Shown one piece after another: positions 51,878 through 64,000 of a DNA stretch of 64,000 nucleotides. Below the pieces are notes generated by a model. It ran no database searches, was not told where the DNA came from, and saw nothing but the letters and a program-made list of their open reading frames with translations. Numbering within the stretch: position 1 is the first letter of the stretch; each line of letters starts with the position of its first letter. This stretch comes from Octopus sinensis (lineage: Eukaryota): NCBI RefSeq assembly GCF_006345805.1, contig NC_043001.1:2170001-2234000 (forward strand), in the 5' to 3' direction. The translations under genes were made by a program, and so were the position numbers.

Positions 51878-53696
51878 TTTTTTTTCTTCTTTCAAATTTG
51901 CTTCCATTTCTTGCCGAGTTTCTTCCCGACTCCTAGGGCAAAGAAACTCATAGTATACATTGGTAGGCCATTAAACCAAACTCACTAGTTCGTTCATTTA
52001 AAAAAATTTTTTTTTTTAAAGTTAAATTAAAATACATGAGCAGCAACAGTTCTCACATCGACAATGCTCTTCTCAATATGTGTGATGTACCAGTTAAGAC
52101 AATCTTTTGCACTTCTTGCAGGGATGGTAAGCCAGGGATCATTCTCATATAATTTTCGGTTCCCTTCTTGATCATTCCTAGTGCTCCTACGATCACTGGT
52201 ATTGTAACCGCCTTGAGATGCCACATTTTCTCAATTTCAATTAGTAGGTCTTTATATTTTCTGAGCTTGTCAAACTCTTTCGCTGAGATATTATGATCAC
52301 AGGGGATGCTCATGTCGATCAATAAGCAAACTTTATTGTTTTGGTCTTTCACAACAATATCTGGTTTATTGGCCTTGATGGTTCGGTCTGTATGTACTGG
52401 AAAGTCCCACAGAATGGTTACATTTTCTCCTTCAGTTACAGCCTCAGGGTGGTGATTATACCACTTGTCGGCAGTTTTGATATTGTAATGCCGACTTATT
52501 AGCCAGTGGAAATATTGGCCAACTCTGTCATGTCTTAATTTATACTCCACTGGTGCTAAGACTTTACATCCAGAGATTAGGTGGTCCACTGTTTCAATCA
52601 TGTCGTTGCAGAATCGGCATTTTGGGTCTGCTCCATTTTTCATCACATTGGCCTGGTAGTTCCGGGTTAATAGGCTTTGATCTTGAGCAGCCAGGATGAA
52701 ACCTTCGCTCTCTGCTTTTAGCCCTGAGCTCCATAGCCACTGATGGGTTTGCTTCTGGTCAACATCAGCTTGTTTGCTGCGGGGCACATATTTGCCGTGC
52801 AGAGGTTTCTCCTCATACCTATCAGCCAATTGCTCGTGCGCTTTTTTCATTGCCATCATTTTCACCTTCTTTGCAACAATAGTTGCCGTACTTCCCTCGG
52901 GTTGTTCAGTTTGGGTATCCTGCACGAGATCAATAGCAAATTTTTTGCTTTCCTTTATGATAGAATGAAGCTTCTTTCGTCTCTCGTGAATTTCCACGAG
53001 CTTTAGCATCCAGTTATTCGATATTTCGAGATATTTGGCCAGTCCAATTGTGGTTGTTTTGTAAGCTAGTTCAAATTGGATCAGCCCTCGACCTCCTTGG
53101 GCTCTGGGAAAGTAAAGGCGATCTACGTCTGCCTTTGGGTGGTGCATCCTATTACAACTCAGCAGCTTGCGTATTTTTCTATCTATATTCTTTACTTCAC
53201 TCATATTCCAGTTCAACACATTGTAGCTATAAGTAACAACTGGAACTGCTAAGGAATTTATAGCTAACACCTTGTAACGTGCATTTAGTTCAGATTTCAG
53301 GACTGCACGAACTCTCCTATAACATTCCTTCCTGATCTTCTCTTTCATGCTTGCATGCTGAATACCAGAGCCTTCATTTATCCCTAAATATTTGTATGTT
53401 TGTTCTTGCTCAAGCTCTCTTATGACTGTGTCAACATCTAACACGACTGAATTTGTGGTCTTCACTTTCCCTTTCTGGAAAGTGGCCTTGGCACACTTCT
53501 CAAGTCCAAACTCCATCCCGATGTCATCGCTGAATGCTTTCACGGTGCGCAATAGGCCTTCAAGTTCATTATTGTCTTTACCATAAAGTTTTAAGTCATC
53601 CATATAAAATAGATGGCTTATTTTTTTATTGGCAATTCTATACCCATACCCTGTTCTGTTTAATTCACTTGTAAGGGGTATTAGGGCTATTAGGGC
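51878..53696 (-). mobile_element. 5'-truncated young R4/Dong-like RLE non-LTR retrotransposon flanked by (TAA)n on both sides
   Basis: (TTA)n lies at 51858-51877 and 53697-53728. There is a ~175-bp 3' UTR, and the 5' junction carries a duplicated AGCCCTAAT. Confidence 0.93.
52053..53603 (-). CDS. C-terminal half of a non-LTR retrotransposon protein: RT domains 5-7, thumb, CCHC knuckle, restriction-like endonuclease. The ATG is the M of YMDD, not a true start
   Basis: Upstream in frame is ..KISHLFY-MDDLKLY. Further motifs are YKYLG, CRFC..ETVDHLISGC, RHD, NKPDIVV..LIDMSIP..K..KY. No stop over 516 aa. Confidence 0.92.
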   Translation of the reverse strand: MDDLKLYGKDNNELEGLLRTVKAFSDDIGMEFGLEKCAKATFQKGKVKTTNSVVLDVDTVIRELEQEQTYKYLGINEGSGIQHASMKEKIRKECYRRVRAVLKSELNARYKVLAINSLAVPVVTYSYNVLNWNMSEVKNIDRKIRKLLSCNRMHHPKADVDRLYFPRAQGGRGLIQFELAYKTTTIGLAKYLEISNNWMLKLVEIHERRKKLHSIIKESKKFAIDLVQDTQTEQPEGSTATIVAKKVKMMAMKKAHEQLADRYEEKPLHGKYVPRSKQADVDQKQTHQWLWSSGLKAESEGFILAAQDQSLLTRNYQANVMKNGADPKCRFCNDMIETVDHLISGCKVLAPVEYKLRHDRVGQYFHWLISRHYNIKTADKWYNHHPEAVTEGENVTILWDFPVHTDRTIKANKPDIVVKDQNNKVCLLIDMSIPCDHNISAKEFDKLRKYKDLLIEIEKMWHLKAVTIPVIVGALGMIKKGTENYMRMIPGLPSLQEVQKIVLTGTSHILRRALSM

Positions 53697-53730
<34 letters not shown>

Positions 53731-53744
53731 CATTGCCATTGCAC

Positions 53745-53897
53745 AGCTTCTAATGCTGGAGATGTACTACGGTGTCAGTTGTTCACTACCAGTGAAGTAA
53801 GGTAACACCCCATATTTTCCAAGCACCTCCCGGAGTATTTGGGCGGTTCCAGGCCATGCAGTTCTCTGAAAGTGCTCCACCCTTATTGCAGCCCGCA

Positions 53898-53900
<3 letters not shown>
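53745..53900 (-). mobile_element. 3'-terminal fragment of an older R4/Dong-like element between (TTA)n arrays
   Basis: Reads AAIRVEHFQRTAWPGTAQILREVL, similar to the end of the 51492 fragment. Confidence 0.7.
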
Positions 53901-53956
<56 letters not shown>

Positions 53957-55839
53957 GGTGATGAGGATAATGGTAATTATCAATATTGGATGTTACCCTC
54001 AATAATCTCATTCTGGATTTCCTTCTGGGATGATGTTCTGAAAAAGGATAAATTCTATTATTAGAATTAATTCAAAGAAATATAAATGTTTATTTTAATT
54101 AATTCTTTTACTTTTGCTAAAAAAAAAAAGACATTTTAGACAATTCTTTCTTGTTAGCTGATATGTTATACAAAATGTTGACCAGCCAACCCCCCCCACC
54201 CGCCAAACAAACAAAAGCAGTTGTTAAACAGAAGCCATGGAAAAAAAGAAGGAAAGAAAAAAAAGGAAGAAAAGAAAAGAAAAGTATTGTAAAAGGAAAT
54301 ATTAACATCTCTTGATAAGAAAAATATTGATGTATCTGGTGTCTTTAGTGGAAATGAGAGCAATTTTGACAACTTCTTCTATATTAGCAAAAGCCAGAAC
54401 AACACTTTTGGAAATGTCATTTTAAATAAAGAAATTTTAGATATAAGCAAAATTAAATGAGAGAAACAGCTTTGACAAGAATTGCCACGAGGGATTGTGT
54501 CTTGTAGGAGAGGAATTTACCAAAGAGTAGACAATAAAAAAGTTGCCATTCACATTTACAAAAAAGGGGAGGATGTGTACCCTCTAAAGACAATTTGAAG
54601 AAAACCCTGGTTGAAGTTTAGGATGCTATTTTGTCCATAAAGTAAGCCAATAGTTTCAGCCTGGTTTTCAGGAAGGAGGGCAACATAAAATATAAAGTAG
54701 AAATATAATGAGTTAAACACTCAGAGGTTGGTTCTGCTGTACCTGGGCCAGTACAACACAGGGGTAACAATCAAGGATGGTAACACTGATCAATGGCATG
54801 TTGTCTTCTCTCCAGTATTAGATGGGTAGGGAAAGGTAAGTTTGAAGGGGATGAATTACTTAGGATTTGCATGTCAATATGACTCCTCAAGACCATGGGG
54901 CCATTTTGGAGCTGTTCCCTTTCTTGAGTGCAAGGACAAAAGCACTGAGCTTGTTAGGAGAGGGTAAAAAGTTCAGCTGCTACAATTATGGCAGTAAAAG
55001 ACTCTTGAGGGTTTTCTACCCAAAGAATTTGGAAATACAGTGAGAGAGAGTGGGGAGGGGCAGCAGGAAAACTGCTATCAATAAATCATATGAAGTGGTT
55101 TCAAAGGCTGCTATCCCAATCCTGTTGCTGATTAAGCTCAGGAAATGGTAGAGGAGATTGCCTCGGACTTAGTTCCCAAAACTAATAACTAGGAAGTAGA
55201 CAGCCTGGAAATTGAGGAATTCCTCACCTGCCATGATACCACTCCATTGTCTTGCCAGAAAAAGGACAAAACCACAAGGGCCAGAGGAAGGACAATGCTC
55301 AGGGTTAGAAGAATAAAAGACAAAAACAAAAGGACTCCCCAAAAGAGAAAGAATTTACCGAAGAAGATTACCAGAATGGATAAGGGGAAAACTACACAAC
55401 TGCCAAAAGAGTTTCAAGGTTCTTCAAGTAGCAAATGACTCCTCCTCCCCCTCCGCCTCCTCTTCCCCCTCCTCCCCATCATCATCATTATCATCATCAT
55501 CGTCATCGTCATCGTCATCATCATCATCATCATCATCGTTATCATTTCACCCCACCACAACCACCACCACTACCACCACTACCACCATCATAATCATCAC
55601 TGCCATCTTCAGCATCATCATCATCAACAGCAACAACATTTTAATGTCCACTCTTCCATGCTTGGATGCATTTGAAAAAGCTTATTGAGGCCAATTTATG
55701 GCTGGATGCCGAGCGAGGTAATATCTCCCCATACCCAGGTGCATTTTCACAGAATATTGAAAATGAATGACATGACTGCGACTGCTTGTATGACAGTGGC
55801 ACTCGCTTACAGCAATTAGGCAAAGTGAAGACAAGGAGG

Positions 55840-56012
55840 CACACACACACACACACCGGATTTCTTTTAGTTTCTGTCTATCAATTCCACTCACAAGGCT
55901 TTGGTTAGCCTCTGGCATAGTATAAGACACTTGTCCCCAAGGTGCCACACAGTAGGACTGAACCTGGAACCATGTGGTTGTGAAGTAAGCTCCCTGTCAC
56001 ACAGCCATGCTT
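55840..56012 (-). mobile_element. Family A SINE 5' half
   Basis: Matches the head of the 63288 copy. Confidence 0.8.
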
Positions 56013-56109
56013 CTGTTGCTTTGTCCACAACAAAAGCAATCTGATGTACATTTGAAAGGTGAGGTTTTTCACAATATGCACACATATACATACATGCTTG
56101 CAAACCTAC

Positions 56110-56514
56110 CTATACATACACACACATAAATACATACATACATACATACATACATACGTACATACATACATACATACATACATACATACGTACATACATA
56201 CATACATACATACATACATACGTACATACATACATACACGCATACATACATGCACACATACATACATACATACATACATACATACATACATACATACATG
56301 CATACATACATACATACATACGTACATACATACACACATACATACACACACATACGAACGTACGTACATACATACATACATACGTACATACATACATACA
56401 TACATACATACATACATACATACATACACACATACATACACACACATACGTACGTACGTACATACATACATACATACGTACATACATACATACATACATA
56501 CATACATACATACA

Positions 56515-56548
<34 letters not shown>

Positions 56549-56705
56549 CATACATACATACATACATACGTACATACATACATACATACATACATACATA
56601 CATACATACATACATACATACATACACACACATACATACATACGTACATACATACATACATACATACACACACACATACATACACACACACATACATACA
56701 TATAC
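56110..56705. repeat. ~600-bp (TACA)n tetranucleotide array with TACG variants
   Basis: Directly visible. It is the source of the YIHT/MYVC ORFs. Confidence 0.97.
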
Positions 56706-57243
56706 AGATATTGTGTCTCAACAACTTTATTACACATCAAGCTAACATCTTTAAATTGATTTTTCTCTTTTTGTATTAAGACCATTTTCCCCTTCACAGG
56801 CCTGGAATTTCTCTGACACATGTGTATACATAATATATATATATATGTATGTATATATATATACACATATGTATATATATGTGTGTATATATATAGTTAT
56901 TTTTTTTCCTTTTTGTTGTTGTTGTTACTATATTTAATAAATTACAGTTCAGGTCTTTCAATCTCATTTATCATTCAAAAACATAGCCATAGAACTTATG
57001 AAATATGTGTCAGACAAGACAAATAACATGCTTTGTCTCATTCTTAAACTACACCATTAGCCATTTGCTTCAGTTCTTTTATCATTTTCATATGCTTCTG
57101 ACTGATGGAGAAATATAGTTGGCAAACTGTCTGACAATTCCTGCCAACCAACAAACATTCAACTTGTACAAACTGTCCACAAATAATTCTCAGAGTTTGC
57201 TAATATGTTGAAATAGTTTTAAATAATGATAATAACGACAATC

Positions 57244-57289
<46 letters not shown>

Positions 57290-58560
57290 GGTAAATAACA
57301 ATAAAAAGTATTCAAAGTTGATATTTTTAAAGTATTAATTGATAAGTTGAAAGAAAGAAAATGATTGGTTAATCCTTTATGATTTCTAATGGGAGGAAAA
57401 ATTGTGAACAAAAGTGAAATAACAATAAAGCAGAGATCAAAGAAGTCCATGTAAAACAAAAAGAAAAAAAACCAGTTTGGTTCGTTAGTAAATTATGTTT
57501 TTAGATTTGAATAAGTGATGTCATGGTCTGGCACAGCTGAAAGCGATCAGGGTGGCTTCTCTGCTCTTTTTGTTTGGTTTGGTTTGGCAAACAGAGCTGG
57601 GAGTTGGGCACGGTAAATATATACGATGACGGTCGAGATAATCATTGTCATCATCGTCATTATCATCATCATCATCATCATCATCATCGTTGTCATCGTT
57701 GTCGTCATCATCATCATCATCATCATCATTGTCATCATTATCGTCATGGTCGTCATGAACATCAAATTCATTATCATCCTCAATTTTCTCCTTCTCTTCA
57801 TCACGATCCCTTGTAATATCCCCTCCTCCTCCTCCTCCTCTTCCTCCTCCTCCTCCTTTTCCTCTTCCTCCTCCTCCACTTCCTCCTCCTCCTCATCATC
57901 CTCACCACCATCATCATCATCATCATTTTTGACGACATCATCATCATCATCATTGTTACCACCAGTTAGCTTTATGATCTTTAAGAGTAAAATAAGGTTC
58001 CCTATGATTTTGTAAAGCATCTGGAAGTTTGTCTTTTTGTACGTTTTGCTTATAGAATTGGCAATAAGCTGTTGGCAAGTGTTCATATCAGTTCATATCA
58101 GTTTCATACAAATTCTAAATTTTGTCAAAGATAAGAAATCTGTTTCAATTTATTTTATGGTACATAATTTCTGTTTTAAATTATTTGGGAAATCTTTACT
58201 GACTTTTGTAAACTTTATACTCTTTTATTTATGAGAAGAGGACTTTTTCAAAGAGTTGCAAAATGTTTTATTTGCAATGAGTAATTACTTCTTGTTTGTC
58301 AACAGAGTATGTCCTAATGAATCTCAGTTTAAAATTTGATAAAATAGAAGGGCTGCAAGCTGGGGGTAAAATGCTCAGTGGCATTTTGTCCATCTTTACA
58401 TTCAGAGTTCAAATTCCAGCATGGTTGACTTAGCCTCTCACCTTTCTGGGATTGATAAAATAATTACCAGAATAAGTTGGGATTGATGTAATCAACTTGC
58501 TCCCTCCCCACCAAACTTTCTGGCCTTATACCAACATTTGAAAACAATATTAGATATAAT

Positions 58561-58773
58561 TACAGAGATGTACTTGCATAGCGAGTGACCTGATCTGAGA
58601 TCGTGTGCTGGAATGAAAACAATTGCAGCGTGGAAGGTGTTTATAAGCCATTTAAGAAACACACAAAAACCGTTAGATTCACTTCAACATTTAAATTTAA
58701 TTTGTCAAAATATTTTCGTCACTTTGAGACCACAACCTGTTCACTGACAAAGCTTTATTGATGCATCTCTGAG
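58561..58773 (-). mobile_element. 213-bp insertion with a 12-bp TSD and a variant hammerhead-like motif at 58701-58751
   Basis: ATTAGATATAAT occurs at 58549-58560 and 58774-58785. An inverted homologue lies at 59530-59724. Confidence 0.8.
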
Positions 58774-58867
58774 ATTAGATATAATAATATATTTTAAATA
58801 TTTCATTTTTTATATTCGTTATGACAGGGTTGTTGATGGGAAATCGTGTGTTGAAACAGACGTTGTT

Positions 58868-59241
58868 CTGTCAGGTCATTTTGACAATGAAAATAATCAT
58901 ATCTATTGATTTTATTTCTTCTTATTTATTCTTTGTCAACCAGTTAACTAATTAACCAATTAACTAATTGAATGTTTGATTTCTCATTTGATCACTTAAT
59001 CAATTAATATGAGCTGGGAGGCAACAAGGCAGACCTGCAGTAGAGAGGGCACATCATTGATGAGGCTGTGAAGGGATGAGAAGACTTTGATAAACAAACT
59101 GATTGACTGACAGAAGCATTAATCAAACAATCGATCCGTTTGTTGGTTAATTAGTAAACAACAAAGTTGACTAATTAATAATAAAAAGAAGCAAAGTTAA
59201 ATCAGTGAATGTGTTTTTTATTGACAAAATGAACTGCCAAG
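58868..59241. repeat. Diverged inverted repeat, arms ~58868-58983 and ~59121-59241
   Basis: CAGGTCATTTTGACAAT..CTAATTAACCAA..TGTTTGATT matches the reverse complement of AATCAAACA..TTGGTTAATTAG..ATTGACAAAATGAACTG. Confidence 0.7.
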
Positions 59242-59449
59242 ATCCTCTTCATTCTTCTCCTCTCCTTCCTCATCATCATTTAATGTCTGTTTCCTTTGGT
59301 ATGGGTTGAATGGTTCAACAGAAGCTGGTGAGGTAGAGGTCTGCATCCAGCTCCAACGCCTGCTCTGATATAGATAGCCTTCCTAATGCCAACCACTTTA
59401 GAGAGTGTAGTGGCACCGGCACCGGTGAGGTCACCAAGTAACTTTCAGA

Positions 59450-59724
59450 GTCATACTTTCAAAGTCGTATGTGACGAGAAAGTGACTGGATTTGAGATTG
59501 CAACTATTAAAACTGGAAGAGCACGAAATTTTGTCAGTGAACAGGTTGACCTTTCAAAGGGACAAAAATATTTTGACACCAATTAAATTTAAATGTTTAA
59601 GTAACTGTAACAGTTTTTCTGTGTTATTTTTAAATGGCTTATAAACACCTTCCATGCTGCAATTGTTTTTGTTTCAGCACATGATCTCAGATCAAGTCAC
59701 TTGCTATGCAAGTACATCTCCGTA
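59450..59724 (+). mobile_element. Second, longer copy of the 58561 element in the opposite orientation
   Basis: 59530-59724 aligns with the reverse complement of 58561-58751. Confidence 0.8.
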
Positions 59725-61150
59725 AATATATCAGGAAAGAACCATTAAATAAAACAGAGAATTGTTCAATTAACTTCAGCATTTAAATTAGAAAAATGTG
59801 CCAATAAGCAAATTGCAGTTGCGTGACGTATTTATTTATTGTTTAGTGTGGAGGGGAGGCAGTGGTGATGACCTGTGGCAGGGCTTCTGAGACTAACAGG
59901 AGGTGGGCTGGGGTGGAAGGGGTGAAGGAGGGAAAGAAGAAGGTCTGCTCAGATTAGGACCCAACCTCAATATTTGCAACAGAGCGAACACATTGGATAA
60001 GGGCATCGGGGGGTGATTTTTAATTGGGTAGGAGGTTAAGTATACTACCTACATAAGCCATGGCTGGATTTGAACTCAGAACAGAAAGAACTAGAATCAT
60101 CCCCACCGCCACCACCTGCTTCTAGGTCTTCTAAGGTCCACTTTCCATTCTGCTATGGGTTGGATGATTTGACAGGAATGGCAGCTGAAGAGCTGCAACA
60201 GGTTCCGTTGTCTGTTTTGGCATGGTTCCTGCAGCTGGATGCCCTTCCTAACACCCAACCCCTTTACAGAGTGTGGCCTGGGTGCTTTTTGCACAGCACC
60301 AGTACCAGTGGGATTATCAAGTAGCTTGCAAGACAAAGGCCTCTCAGATGAGATGTGGGGTAGAACTGAGGCAATTGACTATGTGCCAGGTGAGAAGCTA
60401 GAGTAGGACAGAGGGACAAAGCTAGTTGTCTCACTACAGAGGAGATATCTCACTAATAAATACTGCAAAACTGAACATTTTGACAGCATCAGCAATTTAC
60501 TTTCTTGGTTTAGTACTTTCTTACAAAACCCGAAAGGATGCAAAAGGTACAGTTGGCCACAGTAGGATTTGAACTCTGCATACAGAGACTCAGAACAAGA
60601 CCTATGAAGCATTATGTTTGATACGCTAACAACTCTACCAACTTACCTCAGGAAGTAAACTTGAATTTAAATTTAAGGTGAATTTAACAGTTTTGTGTGT
60701 TATTAAATGACTTGAATGCTTCTTCTGTGATAGAGTTTTCCGCTTTATACCCCTTTTCTTTTTGCTGCTGCTTTTTTTTTCTCCTCAACTAATAAAACAT
60801 TTTTGAAATTTGAACGTCATAAAACCAATCTCGTTTTTTGTTTATTTTTACTTTCAAATGAAAACTGTTCCAAATTTGAACATTAAAGATCAAGGTGAAC
60901 TCCTAAATTGGAATTTATAGGTTTTAAACACACTCTTAATTATTAGGAAAATTACTAGAAAATTCTGAAAAACTTTCCTTTAATGTTTATTAAACAAAAT
61001 ACCCTAATAATCTTGCATTCCTTTGACAATATCGAATTACTGAGTTTGTGAGGAAATAACTTAATAAATAATTATTCATTCTTTCTTGTTGATGTGAAGC
61101 ATTCAGTTCAGCTTTTAGTAGCTTCCGAGTTCATAATATGGTCCATTCAC

Positions 61151-61181
<31 letters not shown>

Positions 61182-61231
61182 TACACACACACACACACAC
61201 ACTCACACACACACACACATATATATGTATA

Positions 61232-61277
<46 letters not shown>

Positions 61278-61466
61278 GTACATATATATATATATATATG
61301 TATATGTATATATACACATATACATATATATATGAGTGTATATGTGTATGTATACATATATGCGTGTGACTGTTAGCATATATATATCTATCCATCTGTC
61401 TATCTCTCTCTCTCTCTCTATCTATCAATATGTGTGTGTGTGTGCATGTGTATATATGTGTGTGTG

Positions 61467-61498
<32 letters not shown>

Positions 61499-62774
61499 GA
61501 CATATATCATATAATATATAGTATATTATATATTGTATTATTTATATACATATGTAAATATATACATATATATTCATATATACATACATACACACACATA
61601 TACATACACACACACATACACACATACATACATACACACGTGTTCATACACACATACATACACACATGTGTACATAGATATACATATATATATCCATCAC
61701 CTTTTATTATATATCCTGATATTATCCGTAAACAAGATTCCAAGTGTATCGTAAAGGTGGAAATGTCATAAGTTTCAAATATCATTTCTTTGAATGTAAA
61801 ACTTACATCAAAAGTGCTCAACCATCCAAAATTGAAAATTAAATCAAATATCAGATAGGTGCTATAACAGCAACAACAACATCAACAACAACAAAAACAA
61901 CAGGAGAAACAGTAGCAGCAGCAGCACCAATACCACAGCCACCATCACCACCAACAACAACAACATCAACAATAATATAATGTTCGAAACAGCAAGAATA
62001 TATTGCAGAGATATTGGTCTGCAATTCGTGGTAAATAATCTGTAGTTTTAATTATGAAAAGAGACAGGAAGATTTAATCTGAAGGGATAAAGATAACACA
62101 AGACGATATTAGATCATCACCACCACCACCACCGCCGCCGCCGCCGCCACCACCACCACCACCACCACAACCACCATCAATACCACCACCACCACCACAA
62201 CCACCACCACCACCACCACCACCATCACCATTTAACATACGTTTTCCATGCTGGCATGGGTTGGACGGCTTGAGAGGAGCTGGTAAAGCTGGGAGTCGCA
62301 CCAGATTCTGTTGTCTGTTTTAATATGGTTTCTACAGCCGAATGTCCTTCCTAATGCCAACCACTTTACAGAGTGAACAAAGGGTGATTTTTATGTGGCG
62401 CCAGCACCAACAGGGTCACCAGAGGGTTACAAATAGTTTGGGTGTTGCAGGGTGATTGGTTAATGGAAGGAGAAATAAGAGAAAAAAATCACCAAAGAGT
62501 ACAAGAGAAGGATTAAGAAGGTACTCAAATCAAAACTAAATAGATGGGATTTTATCAGAATATTATATCTAAGGGTCAAGCCATTATTAAGATACTCACC
62601 TCCCTTTCTAAACTGGACAACGATCAAGCTACAAAATGCAGGAAACTGTTCACATTGTACCCACCACCCTAAAAGTAATATTTTTTTCTTCTCTAAGCAC
62701 AAGGTCCGAAATTTTTTTGGGGGGAGGGAGCAGTCAATTACATCGACCCCAGTACACAACTGGTACTTATTTGT

Positions 62775-63070
62775 TTTTTTAATGCCTGTTACTTATTCCA
62801 TCGATCTCTTATGCTGAACTACTAAGTTACTGGGATGAAAACACAGCAACACTGGTTGTCAAGCAGTGGTGGGGGACAAACATACACACACACACACACA
62901 CACACAGATATATATGATGGGCTTCTTTCAGTTTCCATCTACCGAGTCCAATCACAAGGCTTTGGTTAGCCTGAGAGTAGAAGACACTTGCTCAAGTTGT
63001 CATGCAGTGGGGCTGAACTCGGAACCATGTTGTAAGGAAGCAAATTTCTTACCCCACAGCCATGCCTGCA
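62775..63070 (-). mobile_element. Family A SINE
   Basis: Reverse-complement match to 63288-63600. Confidence 0.85.
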
Positions 63071-63074
63071 TCGA

Positions 63075-64000
63075 AATAGTGATGGAAGAATAATATCTGC
63101 ATCAAGATAAATCCAAAAGAGAAAATTCAAGGACAGAAGGAAGAATGACAAGTCAAATAGTTGTGAGGAAGGAGTTACATGATCAATTAATGCAACAAAC
63201 TGAGGATTTTGGAAGCAAAGAATGCTGGTTGCGACCGATGGATGGAATCCTGAAATCAGGAACTGAATCATTAATTATAATTTCTCAAGGCGCAGGAGTG
63301 GCTGTATGGTAAGTAGCTTGCTAACCAACCACATGGTTCCGGGTTCAATCCTACTGCGTGGCATCTTGGGCAAGTGTCTTCTACTATAGCCCCAGGCCGA
63401 CCAATGCCTTGTGAGTGGATTTAGTAGACGGAAACTGAAAGAAGCCTGTCGTATATATGCATATATATGTGTGTGTGTGTGTGTGTTTGTGTGTCTGTGT
63501 TTGTCCCCCCAGCATTGCTTGACAACCGATGCTGGTGTGTTTATGTCCCTGTCACTTAGCGGTTCGGCAAAAGAGATCGATAGAATAAGTACTGGGCTTA
63601 CAAAGAATAAGTCCTGGGGTCTATTTGCTCGACTAAAGGCGGTGCTCCAGCATGGCCGCAGTCAAATGACTGAAACAAGTAAAAGAGTAAAAGAGAGAGT
63701 AAGAACAAGCTATTAGAAAAACTTGATAAAGACAAAGATTATAAAACTCAGTCAGAAGGCAAACACAGAATCTGTGGAAAGGGAGACAAAAGCACCAACC
63801 ATCACTTAAGTGAATGCAGCAAGCTAGCACAAGAAGAGTATAAGCACAAGCATAACTGAATTGGTTAAAAGTTGCATTGGAATATTAGCTGAGTGTGTGA
63901 ATCCAAAGTAACAGAAAAGTGGTTTGAATATGAGCCATGGGTTGTAATGGTGAATGATGACTACAGGATTTTCATGGGATTTTTCCATAAAAGTTCACCA
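63075..64000 (+). mobile_element. Decayed R4/Dong-like fragment split by a SINE
   Basis: ..GILKSGTESLIIISQ before the SINE resumes as EQAIRK..HRICGKGDKSTNHHLSECSKLAQEEYKHKHN..LHWN..KWFEYEP after it. Confidence 0.8.
63288..63700 (+). mobile_element. Family A tRNA-derived SINE, full length and young (reference copy)
   Basis: Head GGCGCAGGAGTGGCTGTATGGTAAG..GGGTTCAATCC, central (TA)/(TG)n, tail (AGTAAAAG)n. Inserted inside the LINE reading frame. Confidence 0.92.

Noticed and set aside
54560-55440. Complex block that might be a TE coding remnant
   Set aside because: No motif could be recognised in any frame, so it was left unannotated.

Overview
AT-rich, microsatellite-saturated eukaryotic DNA with no recognisable host protein-coding exon, rRNA, tRNA gene or CRISPR array. 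It is probably intronic or intergenic. The repeat repertoire suggests an octopus or other coleoid genome (inference from remembered repeat families). Most listed ORFs are microsatellite artefacts. The real content is transposon-derived: two mariner (DD34D-type) copies, one with both TIRs and TA TSDs; two maT/DD37D remnants; a young 5'-truncated R4/Dong-like RLE retrotransposon with an open 516-aa RT-to-RLE ORF in (TAA)n arrays, plus older fragments; RTE LINE 3' fragments; two Penelope-like GIY-YIG remnants; several SINE families; piggyBac-like MITEs; and minisatellites. The main hidden signal is a set of short non-coding elements that each carry a minimal type I hammerhead-ribozyme motif, about six unrelated families. 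Two stand out. One is a 410-bp insertion with a 13-bp TSD that folds as a ~360-nt rod with the hammerhead at its apex (41283-41692). The other is a 213-bp insertion with a 12-bp TSD whose core shows a compensatory G3-C8 swap (58561-58773). Ribozyme activity and novelty were not tested.
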